Source: a virus (Duplodnaviria; Heunggongvirae; Uroviricota; Caudoviricetes). Taken from it: a stretch of 64,000 nt of DNA. How positions within the stretch are numbered: position 1 is the stretch's first letter; each line of letters opens with the position of its first letter. Below the pieces are notes generated by a model. It had not been told where the DNA came from. It made no database searches and worked only from the letters and a program-made list of their open reading frames with translations. This document shows positions 8,926-18,839 of this stretch, piece by piece. The position numbers and the translations under genes were made by a program. The stretch is from IMG/VR virus record IMGVR_UViG_3300046477_000062, positions 54,548 through 118,547 of that record. One strand, given 5' to 3'.

Positions 8926-9981
8926 ATGCTTTATATCGACGTGAAGTACGTCTCGTTCATCGCGAGTCGTCTTCCTCTGTTTACCAAGAAAGACGCGACA
9001 CTCTGGAACTTCCGGTGTCCCATCTGTCTCGATTCCCAGACCAATAAACGCAAGGCACGCGGCTACCTGTTCGCAAAGGAACAGAAGCTTATCTATGCTT
9101 GCCACAACTGCGGCGCGAGTATGTCGTTCGGGAAGTTCCTCGATTCCGTCGATCCGGTTCTCTACAGCGAGTATCGGCGCGAAGTCTACAAGGAAACGAA
9201 CGGCGGTCGAAGGGAAGTAAAGAAGGTAGAGAAAGAAGACGAAGATGAACTGATCAGGAATCTCGTAAAAACGGATACAGCGGCCCACTTCGGCAAGGAC
9301 GTAGCGGAACATCCCCCGACGCTTCTGGACGGCCTGATGGACCGTTTAGACCGTCTGCCGATCCATCATGAAGCTGTCCGGTATGTGAGGGACCGCCAGA
9401 TTCCGAAAGATCAGTACCACAAGATGTATTTCATCGGGAACATGCTGGACATCGTTCAACTGAGCGAGCGATATGAAGGACGCATCAGGACCGATGAACC
9501 GCGCATCGTTCTGCCGTTCTATGACACGAAAGGGCAGTTGACCGGCGTGACCTGTCGGGCCATCCGTGGCGAATCGTTGCGCTATGTGGTCGTGAAGGTC
9601 AAGGACGATGTTCCGCTGATATTCGGCATCAACGACATCGACCGGAACAAGCTGGTCTACATCGTGGAAGGTCCGATTGATTCGATGTTCGTTCCGAACT
9701 GCATTGCGGTTGGCGGTACGGGGATGCAGAAGGCGAAGTCTCTGGGCCTGAAAAATACCGTGACGATCTTCGACAATCAGCCGCGCAATAAGGACGTGTG
9801 TCGCCTTCAGGAACGGGCCATCGCGAACGGGGATAGGGTTGTCGTATGGAACCCGAGAGTGACCCAGAAGGACATCAACGACATGAAGAAGGACGGCGTT
9901 GATTACATGCATGAAATCGAATCCCGGACGTTTTCCGGGCTACAAGCAAAACTAGAATTCGACCGATGGAAGAAATGTTGA
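8926..9981 (+). CDS. 61: gp61 DNA primase
   Basis: N-terminal zinc ribbon CPIC...CHNCG; Toprim-like YIVEGPIDSMF; T4 synteny after 41. Confidence 0.85.
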   Translation: MLYIDVKYVSFIASRLPLFTKKDATLWNFRCPICLDSQTNKRKARGYLFAKEQKLIYACHNCGASMSFGKFLDSVDPVLYSEYRREVYKETNGGRREVKKVEKEDEDELIRNLVKTDTAAHFGKDVAEHPPTLLDGLMDRLDRLPIHHEAVRYVRDRQIPKDQYHKMYFIGNMLDIVQLSERYEGRIRTDEPRIVLPFYDTKGQLTGVTCRAIRGESLRYVVVKVKDDVPLIFGINDIDRNKLVYIVEGPIDSMFVPNCIAVGGTGMQKAKSLGLKNTVTIFDNQPRNKDVCRLQERAIANGDRVVVWNPRVTQKDINDMKKDGVDYMHEIESRTFSGLQAKLEFDRWKKC

Positions 9982-10142
9982 ACACGGTGAATGCCTGTGC
10001 GTGCCTTGGTCCGCGTAATGGTGAACCGATGTGTATGTGCATGATGATTCAAGCTGGACTGCGAACGGATAAGGACTACGAATGGTCCGAAGAAGACAAG
10101 CAGAAACTTAATGAAGCACTGAGACAGCTAGGCTGGAAATGA
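9966..10142 (+). CDS. small Cys-rich protein
   Basis: 58-aa ORF not on the ORF track (below the 60-aa cutoff); CxC...CMC motif. Confidence 0.3.
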   Translation: MEEMLNTVNACACLGPRNGEPMCMCMMIQAGLRTDKDYEWSEEDKQKLNEALRQLGWK

Positions 10143-10345
10143 CAACATACATCAAGATCAATCACGAATACGATGACTTCGATGGTGAACGAAATTGCAT
10201 CGCTATGCACATTGAAGTCGATGGTGTTCGTGTGAAGACCTACACCCGCGACGATAGCGGAAGCTACTTCGAAGAACGCGCAGAGGGCTACATCGACGCA
10301 CTGTGTGACCAATATCCCGATCATCAGTGGACGTACTTCGAATGA
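10139..10345 (+). CDS. hypothetical protein
   Basis: ORF; ATGA overlap. Confidence 0.4.
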   Translation: MTTYIKINHEYDDFDGERNCIAMHIEVDGVRVKTYTRDDSGSYFEERAEGYIDALCDQYPDHQWTYFE

Positions 10346-10665
10346 AATTCACCATCCGACATCACGTTCCGCGCATCGGTGCGGACTATGAATTCGCGTC
10401 CGTGACGATGTACAACAACATTGAAAAAGTCCGCTATGGCGACTACTACCACGAAAAGGGTAGTGATCGTTGTAAGGGCTGGATCGATGGCTTCGCGGCT
10501 GCACTCGGCCTCACTGAGTTCGAAGTCGCCTACGAAGAATTCCACGATCCCGAGTGCTACGACTATGAAGAAGAATGCGAAGTCTGTGACGGAACTGGTC
10601 AGTACTTCCGCGCGACGCTGACTGGCGGAACTGAAGGTCTGTGCTGGAAGTGCAATGACAGATGA
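10327..10665 (+). CDS. hypothetical Cys-rich protein
   Basis: ORF; CEVCDGTG...CWKC motif. Confidence 0.4.
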   Translation: MDVLRMKFTIRHHVPRIGADYEFASVTMYNNIEKVRYGDYYHEKGSDRCKGWIDGFAAALGLTEFEVAYEEFHDPECYDYEEECEVCDGTGQYFRATLTGGTEGLCWKCNDR

Positions 10666-11014
10666 TTACCGCACCGAACTGAAGTCCATCCTTCCCGAGA
10701 AGTTCCATCTCCATGCGCAACACCGAATCAGTGGTATGGAATGGGATGCCATGTACCCGGACGAAGGACACCGAGAAGCCGTCCGTCGATGGGTCAAGAA
10801 TGACTGCGCCATGAACCTCGCAGACCTTCTGTTGAGAGACAAGCCTGACGCTTTCACTGAGCATGTTCTTAATGATGGCGGTCGCGAATTTCGTCTGGAC
10901 TTCGTAGTTTTCTCGAAAGAAGAATGGCGTAAATATCACGCCGATTTACAAACCCTCCTTTTTCACGTAAGACACGCAGCACTGAATGACTATCGAAGCC
11001 AAAGTAATCGCTGA
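10655..11014 (+). CDS. hypothetical protein
   Basis: ORF. Confidence 0.35.
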   Translation: MTDDYRTELKSILPEKFHLHAQHRISGMEWDAMYPDEGHREAVRRWVKNDCAMNLADLLLRDKPDAFTEHVLNDGGREFRLDFVVFSKEEWRKYHADLQTLLFHVRHAALNDYRSQSNR

Positions 11015-11822
11015 TTCGTTCTGGACCAACCAGACGACCGGCAAGAAACACCGTATCACCACGTTCCAACTGAAGTATCCCCGTCTGATTCATGGGGAAT
11101 TCATGACACACAGAGTTTTCTCACGCAACGCATCATCGTCGCGTGCGATCCCGGTCATGAAGCTTCTGAAGGACATCTGGAACGACCCCGCCATGCCCGT
11201 TCATTGGGGCGAGAATCAGTCGGGAATGCAAGCCAAGGCCGAACTATCCGGCTGGAAGCGCAAGGCCGCACAAGCCCTCTGGATCGGCGCAAGCAAGGTT
11301 GCCTGTGCATTCGCATACGGCATGGTCAAGGTCGGGCTTCATAAGCAAGTTGCGAATCGAATTTGCGAACCGTGGCAGCACATCTCTGTAATTGTCACCG
11401 CGACTGATTGGGACAATTTCTACGAACTGCGCGATCACCCGGACGCACAGCCCGAGATTCGTGAACTGGCGCAAGCGATGAAGGCCGCACAAGACGCATC
11501 TGTGCCGCGCGAACTCGCACCGTGGGACTGGCACTTGCCGTACTGTTCCGCCGAAGAACTGAGAACGCTTCCTCTCGATGTCCTGAAGAAGATTTCGGCT
11601 GCACGATGCGCACGCGTCTCGTATCTCACGCATGACGGCCAGAACCCAGACGCAGTGAAAGATGTGGCATTGCATGACCGTCTGGTTGGTTCGAAACCGA
11701 TTCACGCAAGTCCGGTTGAGCATCAAGCCCGTCCGTCGATGGACGACAACTATCACAAGAACTTCTGTGGCTTCATTCAGTACCGCGAAGAAGTTGAAGC
11801 CATGAACCTACAAGCCCGATGA
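10986..11822 (+). CDS. thyX: flavin-dependent thymidylate synthase ThyX
   Basis: ThyX-like RHR/S motif region FMTHRVFSRNASSSRAIP; size typical of Thy1. Confidence 0.6.
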   Translation: MTIEAKVIADSFWTNQTTGKKHRITTFQLKYPRLIHGEFMTHRVFSRNASSSRAIPVMKLLKDIWNDPAMPVHWGENQSGMQAKAELSGWKRKAAQALWIGASKVACAFAYGMVKVGLHKQVANRICEPWQHISVIVTATDWDNFYELRDHPDAQPEIRELAQAMKAAQDASVPRELAPWDWHLPYCSAEELRTLPLDVLKKISAARCARVSYLTHDGQNPDAVKDVALHDRLVGSKPIHASPVEHQARPSMDDNYHKNFCGFIQYREEVEAMNLQAR

Positions 11823-12085
11823 AGTTCATCCAGAAGAACGTTCCGGTGGTCGAAGCATGTCAGTTCCGTGATGAACACGCCTTCCATGATTGGGCCAACG
11901 AGTGGGGATTCGATTTCCAGTATGTCGGACAAGACGACATCCGGTTCCGCATCACACAGACGATGGCCGCTGAAGAATGGAAGACCGTTCGGCCCGGTGA
12001 TTGGGTCATCCACGGAGCATTCGACTTCTACACGATGGACAACAAAGCGTTCAACGACTACTACAAGCGTCTGGACCTAGAGTAA
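11819..12085 (+). CDS. hypothetical protein
   Basis: ORF. Confidence 0.4.
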   Translation: MKFIQKNVPVVEACQFRDEHAFHDWANEWGFDFQYVGQDDIRFRITQTMAAEEWKTVRPGDWVIHGAFDFYTMDNKAFNDYYKRLDLE

Positions 12086-12090
12086 ACAAA

Positions 12091-12324
12091 ATGAAAACCA
12101 TCATCCATGTCAACCAACACGTCATCAAGGCGAATCGCAAGAACGATGCGCGTGACCCTGTGTTGACTGTGAAGACCTACAAGGACAACAAGTACGGGTC
12201 CAACGTCTGCATCGTTGATGCCGATGGGAACTATGTGGCCCGTATCGTCTACTCCCCAGACAAGCCGCTTTCATGTGGCGCACACGTCTGGATCGAAACG
12301 AACAACGAAGTAATCGTGAACTGA
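12091..12324 (+). CDS. hypothetical protein
   Basis: ORF with ATG immediately after the upstream stop. Confidence 0.4.
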   Translation: MKTIIHVNQHVIKANRKNDARDPVLTVKTYKDNKYGSNVCIVDADGNYVARIVYSPDKPLSCGAHVWIETNNEVIVN

Positions 12325-12326
12325 AA

Positions 12327-12977
12327 ATGACATTTGACGAAATCTACGCAGTAACGAAGTCGGGCGAAGGACGTGAAGGTTCGATCTACAAAGAAGGTCT
12401 TGATGCACAGTACGACGAGAACTGCCTCAAAGCCCTTGATGCTAACTTGGAAGTGTTCTCGATCTACTACCTTGTAGACACAACCACGGACATCAACCGT
12501 CCTTCGTTCCAAATCCGTAACGCATTTTTCAACACCTATACCGGCGCACCTGTCGCACACGAAGAAGCACGCGCCATCATCAACAAGCAAAGAGAAGACC
12601 GTATGACCCAAGCAATCGCAGACGCAGCAAACCTGATCACCAAAGTTTCGCATGAAGCATCCCTCAAAGCTGGCTGGTGGCATGACCTGAAGACCGGCGA
12701 ACTGGTCGAACCGAATATCGGTGAAAAGCTGATGCTGATCGTGACCGAAGTTGCCGAAGCGTGCGAAGGCGCACGCAAGAACCTGATGGACGACAAGCTT
12801 CCGCACCGCAAGATGATCGAAGTCGAACTGGCTGACGCCGTGATCCGCATCGGTGATCTGTGTGGCCGTCTGGGTCTGGACCTTGGCGGCGCAATCGCTG
12901 AGAAATTGGCCTATAACGCTTCACGCGAAGATCACAAGATCGAGAATCGCAAGAAGGAAAACGGTAAGCGGTTCTGA
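12327..12977 (+). CDS. mazG: MazG-like nucleotide pyrophosphohydrolase
   Basis: C-terminal MazG/NTP-PPase helices EKLMLIVTEVAEACEGARK ... ELADAVIRIGDL ... EKLAYNASR. Confidence 0.6.
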   Translation: MTFDEIYAVTKSGEGREGSIYKEGLDAQYDENCLKALDANLEVFSIYYLVDTTTDINRPSFQIRNAFFNTYTGAPVAHEEARAIINKQREDRMTQAIADAANLITKVSHEASLKAGWWHDLKTGELVEPNIGEKLMLIVTEVAEACEGARKNLMDDKLPHRKMIEVELADAVIRIGDLCGRLGLDLGGAIAEKLAYNASREDHKIENRKKENGKRF

Positions 12978-13495
12978 TGGAATACAAACGGGAAAGGTCA
13001 CGGCGCTGTGCAAAAGACCTGACCGTTTGTCAAGACTGCGAAGTGAAGCTGACTGATGAAAATTGGACGGCTTCTATGCAGAAGTACAAGCGGTACGTCT
13101 GTCGGAATTGTTGGTCTATCAGGCAAAAGCGTTATCAAGCCAATGTTCCGGATAGTGCCGCGCAGAAGAAAGAGAGTACACGAAGGCGTCAAGAGTCATG
13201 GGACGAAGAACGGCGCGAACTGGAAAGACGTAAGCGGTATAACGGTTGGCTGAAACGTAAGTATGGAATCGACATCGAAACCTACGACCGTATGCTAGAA
13301 GAACAAGACCATAAGTGCTTCATCTGCAAGACCGATGAACAGCGTGGTAAGGGTGGTCTTCACGTCGATCACTGTCATAAGACAGGAAAGGTTCGAAAGC
13401 TGCTGTGCGCAAACTGCAACATGATGTTGGGGTTGGTGCGCGATAACCCATCAATTCTTGGCAACGCAATCGCGTACCTCGATAACGACAAATAA
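12977..13495 (+). CDS. endonuclease VII-like (T4 gp49 family) zinc-binding nuclease
   Basis: Endonuclease_7 signature GGLHVDHCHKTGKVRKLLCANCN. Confidence 0.65.
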   Translation: MEYKRERSRRCAKDLTVCQDCEVKLTDENWTASMQKYKRYVCRNCWSIRQKRYQANVPDSAAQKKESTRRRQESWDEERRELERRKRYNGWLKRKYGIDIETYDRMLEEQDHKCFICKTDEQRGKGGLHVDHCHKTGKVRKLLCANCNMMLGLVRDNPSILGNAIAYLDNDK

Positions 13496-13519
13496 ATAGT
13501 CACCCTAACCAAGTACATC

Positions 13520-13909
13520 ATGTTCACACTTTCAGAAATCAAGTTCGCTGTCGTCTCTATCGCGCTGATCAGTGCTATCGGCGGTTCATATTTCTATGGC
13601 CGTCATGAGCAATCACAATCTGACGCGTTGCTGGCAGTCAAGCAACAGCAAGTGATGCAGCAAAAGATCGATACAGAAACGGATCGACGCAACCAGATTT
13701 CGCAAGCATTCGAAGACAAGCTGGACAACCTGAAGATCGTCAATACCACGATCAACAAGACCGTCACGCAAGAACTTCAAAAACAAATCTACACGGACTG
13801 CAAACTTCCCTCAACGGGAGTTGCCCTTATCAATAGCAACGCCGATCAACTGAATGCTGTGCGTCATGGCACGGTTGCATCGGCCCCTGTTCCTGCCTCT
13901 GCACCATGA
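13520..13909 (+). CDS. putative i-spanin (Rz-like: N-terminal TM plus coiled coil)
   Basis: N-terminal TM helix, Q-rich coiled coil; overlaps the downstream lipoprotein gene. Confidence 0.5.
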   Translation: MFTLSEIKFAVVSIALISAIGGSYFYGRHEQSQSDALLAVKQQQVMQQKIDTETDRRNQISQAFEDKLDNLKIVNTTINKTVTQELQKQIYTDCKLPSTGVALINSNADQLNAVRHGTVASAPVPASAP

Positions 13910-14184
13910 AAAAACTGATCGCACTTGTGGCGATCTGTGTAAGTCTGACGGCGTGTGTCTCTGCGCCGCCGAAACCGACCCTTGCACCGATTGCAACCCC
14001 CGCTGACCTGACCCGCGTTTGTCCCGACATCCCGCACATTGATGCCGATGCTTCGCTTGGCGTGGCGATGACCTACATCACCAACTTCCAAGTCCAGTAC
14101 AACACATGTGCGATGCGCAATGACTCCCTTCGTGAAGTGACCAGTCCGCAACAATCAACTACGTCACCTTCACAGGGGAAGTAA
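13906..14184 (+). CDS. putative o-spanin outer-membrane lipoprotein (Rz1-like)
   Basis: Signal peptide with lipobox SLTAC; Pro-rich; overlaps the i-spanin stop. Confidence 0.55.
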   Translation: MKKLIALVAICVSLTACVSAPPKPTLAPIATPADLTRVCPDIPHIDADASLGVAMTYITNFQVQYNTCAMRNDSLREVTSPQQSTTSPSQGK

Positions 14185-15197
14185 TGGCAACACCAAATAT
14201 CCAAAAGAAAACCGATAGTCTGATCACGCAGTACCCGGAAGCCGAACAGTTCACGGAGAAGCAATTGTCGATCTTCTGGCTTCCTAATGAAGTCAAGGTC
14301 GAGAAGGATGTACAGGACGTTCTGGTCAATATGACCGAAGCAGAGAAGCACGGTGTCACGACGACGCTGAAGCTTTTCACGAAGTACGAATTGAAGGCTG
14401 GTGCAGAGTACTGGTCCGGTCGATTCAAGCGGCGCTTCCCGCGTCCCGAATTTCAAGAGATGGCATCGACGTTCGCAACATTCGAACTGGCGATTCACAA
14501 ACGTTTCTATCAGAAGATCAACGAACTGACGTTCCTGCATACGGACGAGTTCTACAACAGCTACGCCGAAGACCCAATCCTGAAGGCCCGGATGGACTTC
14601 ATTGATGAAGTCATCTCTGACCCGGCTGATTTGGTATCGCTGGCTGGCTTCTCGATGATCGAAGGCGCGATCCTTTACACATCGTTTGCCTTCCTGAAGC
14701 ATTTCCAGCAACAGGGCAAGAACAAGCTGCTGAACGTGGTTCGTGGTATCAACTTCAGCGTTCGCGACGAGAACCTTCACTCGCTGGCCGGTGCATGGGT
14801 CTTCCAAAAGTTGCTGGAAGAACAGAACCCTGATGCAGCATATCGGGCTGTACTGAAAGATCGCATCTTCGAGATGGCCCGCGCGCTCTATGAGCATGAG
14901 TGTCGCATCGTGGACATGATCTTCGAGAAGGGAACGATCCCCGGCATCACGGCGCACCAGTTGAAGAACTTCGCGATGTCGCGTGTCAACGAAGTCCTGA
15001 AGAATCTGGGCTACGACAAGTTGGAAAAAGTTGAGTACAACCCGATTGCTGAGTGGTTCTATAAGGCGGTGAATAGCTACACGTTCAACGACTTTTTCAG
15101 CGGCATGGGTTCGCAGTATCACAGAGATTGGGACGAGGAAGCCTTCGTCTGGAAAACAAGAGCACAACGAGAAGCAGAAGCAGAGGCAACAGCATGA
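14184..15197 (+). CDS. nrdB: ribonucleotide reductase class I beta subunit
   Basis: Ferritin-like RNR small-subunit motifs; adjacent nrdA. Confidence 0.85.
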   Translation: MATPNIQKKTDSLITQYPEAEQFTEKQLSIFWLPNEVKVEKDVQDVLVNMTEAEKHGVTTTLKLFTKYELKAGAEYWSGRFKRRFPRPEFQEMASTFATFELAIHKRFYQKINELTFLHTDEFYNSYAEDPILKARMDFIDEVISDPADLVSLAGFSMIEGAILYTSFAFLKHFQQQGKNKLLNVVRGINFSVRDENLHSLAGAWVFQKLLEEQNPDAAYRAVLKDRIFEMARALYEHECRIVDMIFEKGTIPGITAHQLKNFAMSRVNEVLKNLGYDKLEKVEYNPIAEWFYKAVNSYTFNDFFSGMGSQYHRDWDEEAFVWKTRAQREAEAEATA

Positions 15198-16894
15198 CAT
15201 CCGTCTACGAACAACTGAGTGAAGAACGTAAGGCACTCCAAACGCAAGGTCTGGTCCCTGAATGGTACACGACCGCTGGATTCCAGATGTTCAAGGACAA
15301 GTACGAGTATCAGACCAACGGACAATCGATTCGTGGTCAGTTCAAGCGTATCGCATCAACCGCAGCTTCCCATCTTCCGTTGAGTATCGCGGAACTTGGT
15401 GAACAGTGGTTCTTCAAGCTTCTCTGGAATGGCTGGCTGTCCGCATCGACGCCCGTCCTCGCGAACACTGGAACGAATCGTGGTCTGCCGGTGTCATGCT
15501 CTGGCGGCAAGATCGGTGATTCGGTCTATGACTTCTATCAGCACAAGCTTGAAGTGGCGATGCTGACGAAGAATGGTTTCGGAACGTCTGGCTACCTTGG
15601 CGGCATTCGTCCGCGTGGTTCGGACATCAGCACTGGCGGCAAGGCTTCGGGTGTTCTCGATGTCTTCACTGGCCTGATCGATGACATGCGTAAGATCGCA
15701 CAAGGTACGGCACGCCGTGGCGCATATGCTGGCTACCTTGAAGCGGATCACGGCGACTTCGATGAAGTATGTGACTTCGTGTACAACAACCCGGATGATG
15801 CGAATATCGGTTGGGTCATCACGGATGCATTCATTGAACGTCTGGAAGAAGGCGACAAAGATACGCATCGACGCTTCCGCAAGATGTTGAAGCTGAAGAT
15901 GGTGCATGGTAAGGGATACTTCTTCTTCGTGGACAAGGCAAATCGCCATCGTCCCGAGATGTACAAGAAGCTGAACCTTCGCATCAACAACAGCAACCTG
16001 TGTTCGGAAATCATGCTGTTCAACGACGAAGACCATACGTTCACCTGTGTTCTTAGTTCGATGAATGTGGCGAAGTATGACGAGTGGAAAGACACGGAAG
16101 CCGTGTATTGGGCGACCATCTTCCTTGACTGTATCGCGGCAGAATTCATTCAACGCGCAAAGAAGATTCCCGGCCTTGAAGCTGCGGTTCGCTTCACAGA
16201 GAAGGGTCGTGCGCTTGGTCTGGGTCAGTGCGGATTCCATACGTACCTGAAGCAGAACATGATCGCTTACGAGTCATTCGAAGCGCACATGAAGAACCTT
16301 GAAATCGCGAAGCACATCTGGGATGAATCCCTGAAAGCATCGCAGTTCATGGCCGTCGAGTTCGGTGAACCGGAATGGTGTAAGGGCTTTGGTGTTCGCA
16401 ACACGCACCGTATCGCCATCGCACCTACGAAGTCCACAGCGAACCTGATGGGCGGCGTATCCGAAGGTATCAACCTCGATCCGGCGAACGTCTACAACGC
16501 GTCTGGTGCAGCGGGTGAGATGGATCGCATTGATCCGGTCTTCCTGAAGCTGATGAAGGAAAAGGGACACTTCAACAAGAAGGTCGTTTCCGACATCGCA
16601 GACAAGCAAGGTTCGGTTCAACATCTGACTTGGTTGACGGATGAAGAAAAGGCAGTGTTCCGCACTGGCTTCGAAATCAACCAGAAGGCACACGTCCGTA
16701 TGTGTTCCACGCGTGGTCGATTTATCGATCAGTGGCAGAGTGTGAACCTGATGTTCGCGGCAGACGAAGACGAAGAATGGATTGCAGAAGTCCATCAAGA
16801 CATCTTCCTTGACGAGAACATGCTTGCTTCATATTACATCTACACCCAAGCGGGCGTTCAAGCCGCAAAAGGTGAGTGCGAGGCTTGCCAATAA
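15194..16894 (+). CDS. nrdA: ribonucleotide reductase class I alpha subunit (short form)
   Basis: RNR large-subunit motifs including NLCSEI and GLG; ATGA overlap with nrdB. Confidence 0.85.
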   Translation: MTSVYEQLSEERKALQTQGLVPEWYTTAGFQMFKDKYEYQTNGQSIRGQFKRIASTAASHLPLSIAELGEQWFFKLLWNGWLSASTPVLANTGTNRGLPVSCSGGKIGDSVYDFYQHKLEVAMLTKNGFGTSGYLGGIRPRGSDISTGGKASGVLDVFTGLIDDMRKIAQGTARRGAYAGYLEADHGDFDEVCDFVYNNPDDANIGWVITDAFIERLEEGDKDTHRRFRKMLKLKMVHGKGYFFFVDKANRHRPEMYKKLNLRINNSNLCSEIMLFNDEDHTFTCVLSSMNVAKYDEWKDTEAVYWATIFLDCIAAEFIQRAKKIPGLEAAVRFTEKGRALGLGQCGFHTYLKQNMIAYESFEAHMKNLEIAKHIWDESLKASQFMAVEFGEPEWCKGFGVRNTHRIAIAPTKSTANLMGGVSEGINLDPANVYNASGAAGEMDRIDPVFLKLMKEKGHFNKKVVSDIADKQGSVQHLTWLTDEEKAVFRTGFEINQKAHVRMCSTRGRFIDQWQSVNLMFAADEDEEWIAEVHQDIFLDENMLASYYIYTQAGVQAAKGECEACQ

Positions 16895-17373
16895 TGTTTG
16901 ACTCCCAGAAGGTCTTCTGGGGTAAGGCGTCTTTCGCTGCAAAGCGGGACGCCTTTATTCCTTTCGCAGACCGAATTACTCCAACCTATCTCAGTGGTCA
17001 ACGAGTTCTACCCTCTGTGCGTTCGGCCATGATCCGCGAACAGATGACCATCCTGAAGCGAGCATACGACCATGCGGCGATTCGTTCGTTGACTGATCCA
17101 ATCTGGCGTCAGCTTGACGACAGTCGTTCATGGTGGACTCTGACCCCGGCTGAAGTGAATCAAGAACTGATCGAAGAACGCGTCCTCGATCCGGTCAGCG
17201 TGGTGTCGGAGATGGTCGATACCTTCAACGCGGGTAAGGTCGAAGCCCCGATCATCGTCGTCAACCGGTTCGAGCATGACAAACAGTACCGCCTTGTGTC
17301 CGGGAACCTACAGTTGATGATCTGTCGGTCGTCCCGCATCATTCCCAAGTGCGTTTTTGTTGATCTGGACTGA
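16894..17373 (+). CDS. hypothetical protein
   Basis: ORF that starts at the nrdA stop. Confidence 0.35.
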   Translation: MFDSQKVFWGKASFAAKRDAFIPFADRITPTYLSGQRVLPSVRSAMIREQMTILKRAYDHAAIRSLTDPIWRQLDDSRSWWTLTPAEVNQELIEERVLDPVSVVSEMVDTFNAGKVEAPIIVVNRFEHDKQYRLVSGNLQLMICRSSRIIPKCVFVDLD

Positions 17374-17388
17374 CAGACGTGCTATAAT
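17360..17388 (+). promoter_or_regulatory. sigma70-like promoter (TTGATC-N17-TATAAT)
   Basis: Family motif ATTCCCAAGTGCG lies 20 nt upstream. Confidence 0.4.
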
Positions 17389-17406
17389 GCGTCATCTCAA
17401 CTAGAA

Positions 17407-17619
17407 GATGAAGAAGAAGTGAAGATTCTAAAAGATGAACCAATCGCACCGATCTACATGCGACCCGGCGACAAGCTATCGGTCAATTGGAAAGATGAAC
17501 ATCTGGTCACGCATGACATCGACACGGCCATGATCGTTAATCACGTCACGATTGTCGAATTGCAGGACGAACACGGTTTCAAAACCGGACTTGGTTGTTT
17601 TATTGGTGACAAAGAGTGA
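17407..17619 (+). CDS. hypothetical protein
   Basis: ORF. Confidence 0.3.
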   Translation, partial: DEEEVKILKDEPIAPIYMRPGDKLSVNWKDEHLVTHDIDTAMIVNHVTIVELQDEHGFKTGLGCFIGDKE

Positions 17620-18128
17620 GAACGATTTACCTTGATATGGACGGCGTGTTTGTTGATTTCGACACGCACTTCGAAGCACTGCATGGCAAGCACCCGAAAG
17701 AAGTAGGTGAGGAAAACTTCTGGAAGGTCTTCGACACGAAGCGTGACGGATTCTTCCGCGACTGTCTTCCGTTCGAAGGCCATCTGCAATTCCTCGGTGA
17801 AGTTGAAGACGTGGCAGATCACTTCGGCTTCAAGGTCGAGATGTTGACGGCGCTCCCACGTCGATCCACACATCCGACTGCGCGTGAAGAAAAACAAGAC
17901 TGGATGAACCTGCACGGCATGTCGCACATTCCGATGAATGTCGGTCCCTACGCCATCGACAAGCAAAAGTGGTGCAAGCCGGGTGACATCCTGATCGATG
18001 ACAAAGACTTGAACATCATTCAATGGCGTTCCAAAGGTGGTCTTGGAATCCATCACATTCCCGGCGACTTCCTGACATCGTATCGACAACTTCGGACATA
18101 CGTGTCGTCATGTGATTTATCGGCATGA
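17616..18128 (+). CDS. HAD-family 5'(3')-deoxyribonucleotidase-like protein
   Basis: YLDMDGV DxD motif; the GTG start is needed to include the motif. Confidence 0.5.
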   Translation: MRTIYLDMDGVFVDFDTHFEALHGKHPKEVGEENFWKVFDTKRDGFFRDCLPFEGHLQFLGEVEDVADHFGFKVEMLTALPRRSTHPTAREEKQDWMNLHGMSHIPMNVGPYAIDKQKWCKPGDILIDDKDLNIIQWRSKGGLGIHHIPGDFLTSYRQLRTYVSSCDLSA

Positions 18129-18355
18129 GAATCCGCGTCCAGTACAACGATGCCAAGCGGCTGCTGATAATCCACAACGCGGACCAATTGTTGGCCGTCT
18201 ACCGGGACATCGATTGGACCACGGCCCATACCATCAGGCGAGGGCTGTTTGACGCGGAAACCCTGACTAAGCTGCATCCAGATAAAACTCTCGTAGATTT
18301 TCTACATGAGTTAAATGATCCACCAAGCGATGAAGAATGGAACTCCCAAACATAA
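18125..18355 (+). CDS. hypothetical protein
   Basis: ORF. Confidence 0.3.
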   Translation: MRIRVQYNDAKRLLIIHNADQLLAVYRDIDWTTAHTIRRGLFDAETLTKLHPDKTLVDFLHELNDPPSDEEWNSQT

Positions 18356-18831
18356 TCTTCCTTGATTTTGACGGGGTGATTTGTAATCCCCGCGCATGTA
18401 TTGCATCCCGAGATACGGGCGGCGTATTTTCGTATCTCGATCCGATTGCCTGTCTTCTCGTAAAACGGTTGTGTGAAGATAATAACGCGAAGCTGGTTAT
18501 CTCGTCGTCATGGCGCATCCTGTATGACCGGTATTCGCTTCAAAGCATTTTGAACGCGGCATGTCCGAAGCTTGGAAGTTTCATGTGGCAGGGGACCGAA
18601 TGGTGTACGCCGAATCACAACGGCGGTGATGGCAATTATTTTGGTCGTGGTCGCGAGATTCAAGCATGGATTCGCAACCATTCAACACAGTTCAACCGGT
18701 TCGTGATCCTCGATGACGATTCTGACATGGACCCGTACATGGATTCGCTGGTTCAGTCCGACACCTATGATGGTATCGGCTATCACCAGTGGCGTGCGGC
18801 GGATAATATACTGAGTGGCAAAACAGATTGA
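18337..18831 (+). CDS. HAD-superfamily phosphatase-like protein
   Basis: FLDFDGV motif and a downstream DDD motif. Confidence 0.45.
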   Translation: MELPNIIFLDFDGVICNPRACIASRDTGGVFSYLDPIACLLVKRLCEDNNAKLVISSSWRILYDRYSLQSILNAACPKLGSFMWQGTEWCTPNHNGGDGNYFGRGREIQAWIRNHSTQFNRFVILDDDSDMDPYMDSLVQSDTYDGIGYHQWRAADNILSGKTD

Positions 18832-18839
18832 AAGAAGAA

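Noticed and set aside
14073-15236. 387-aa − strand ORF
   Set aside because: Antisense to nrdB and the nrdA start; shadow ORF
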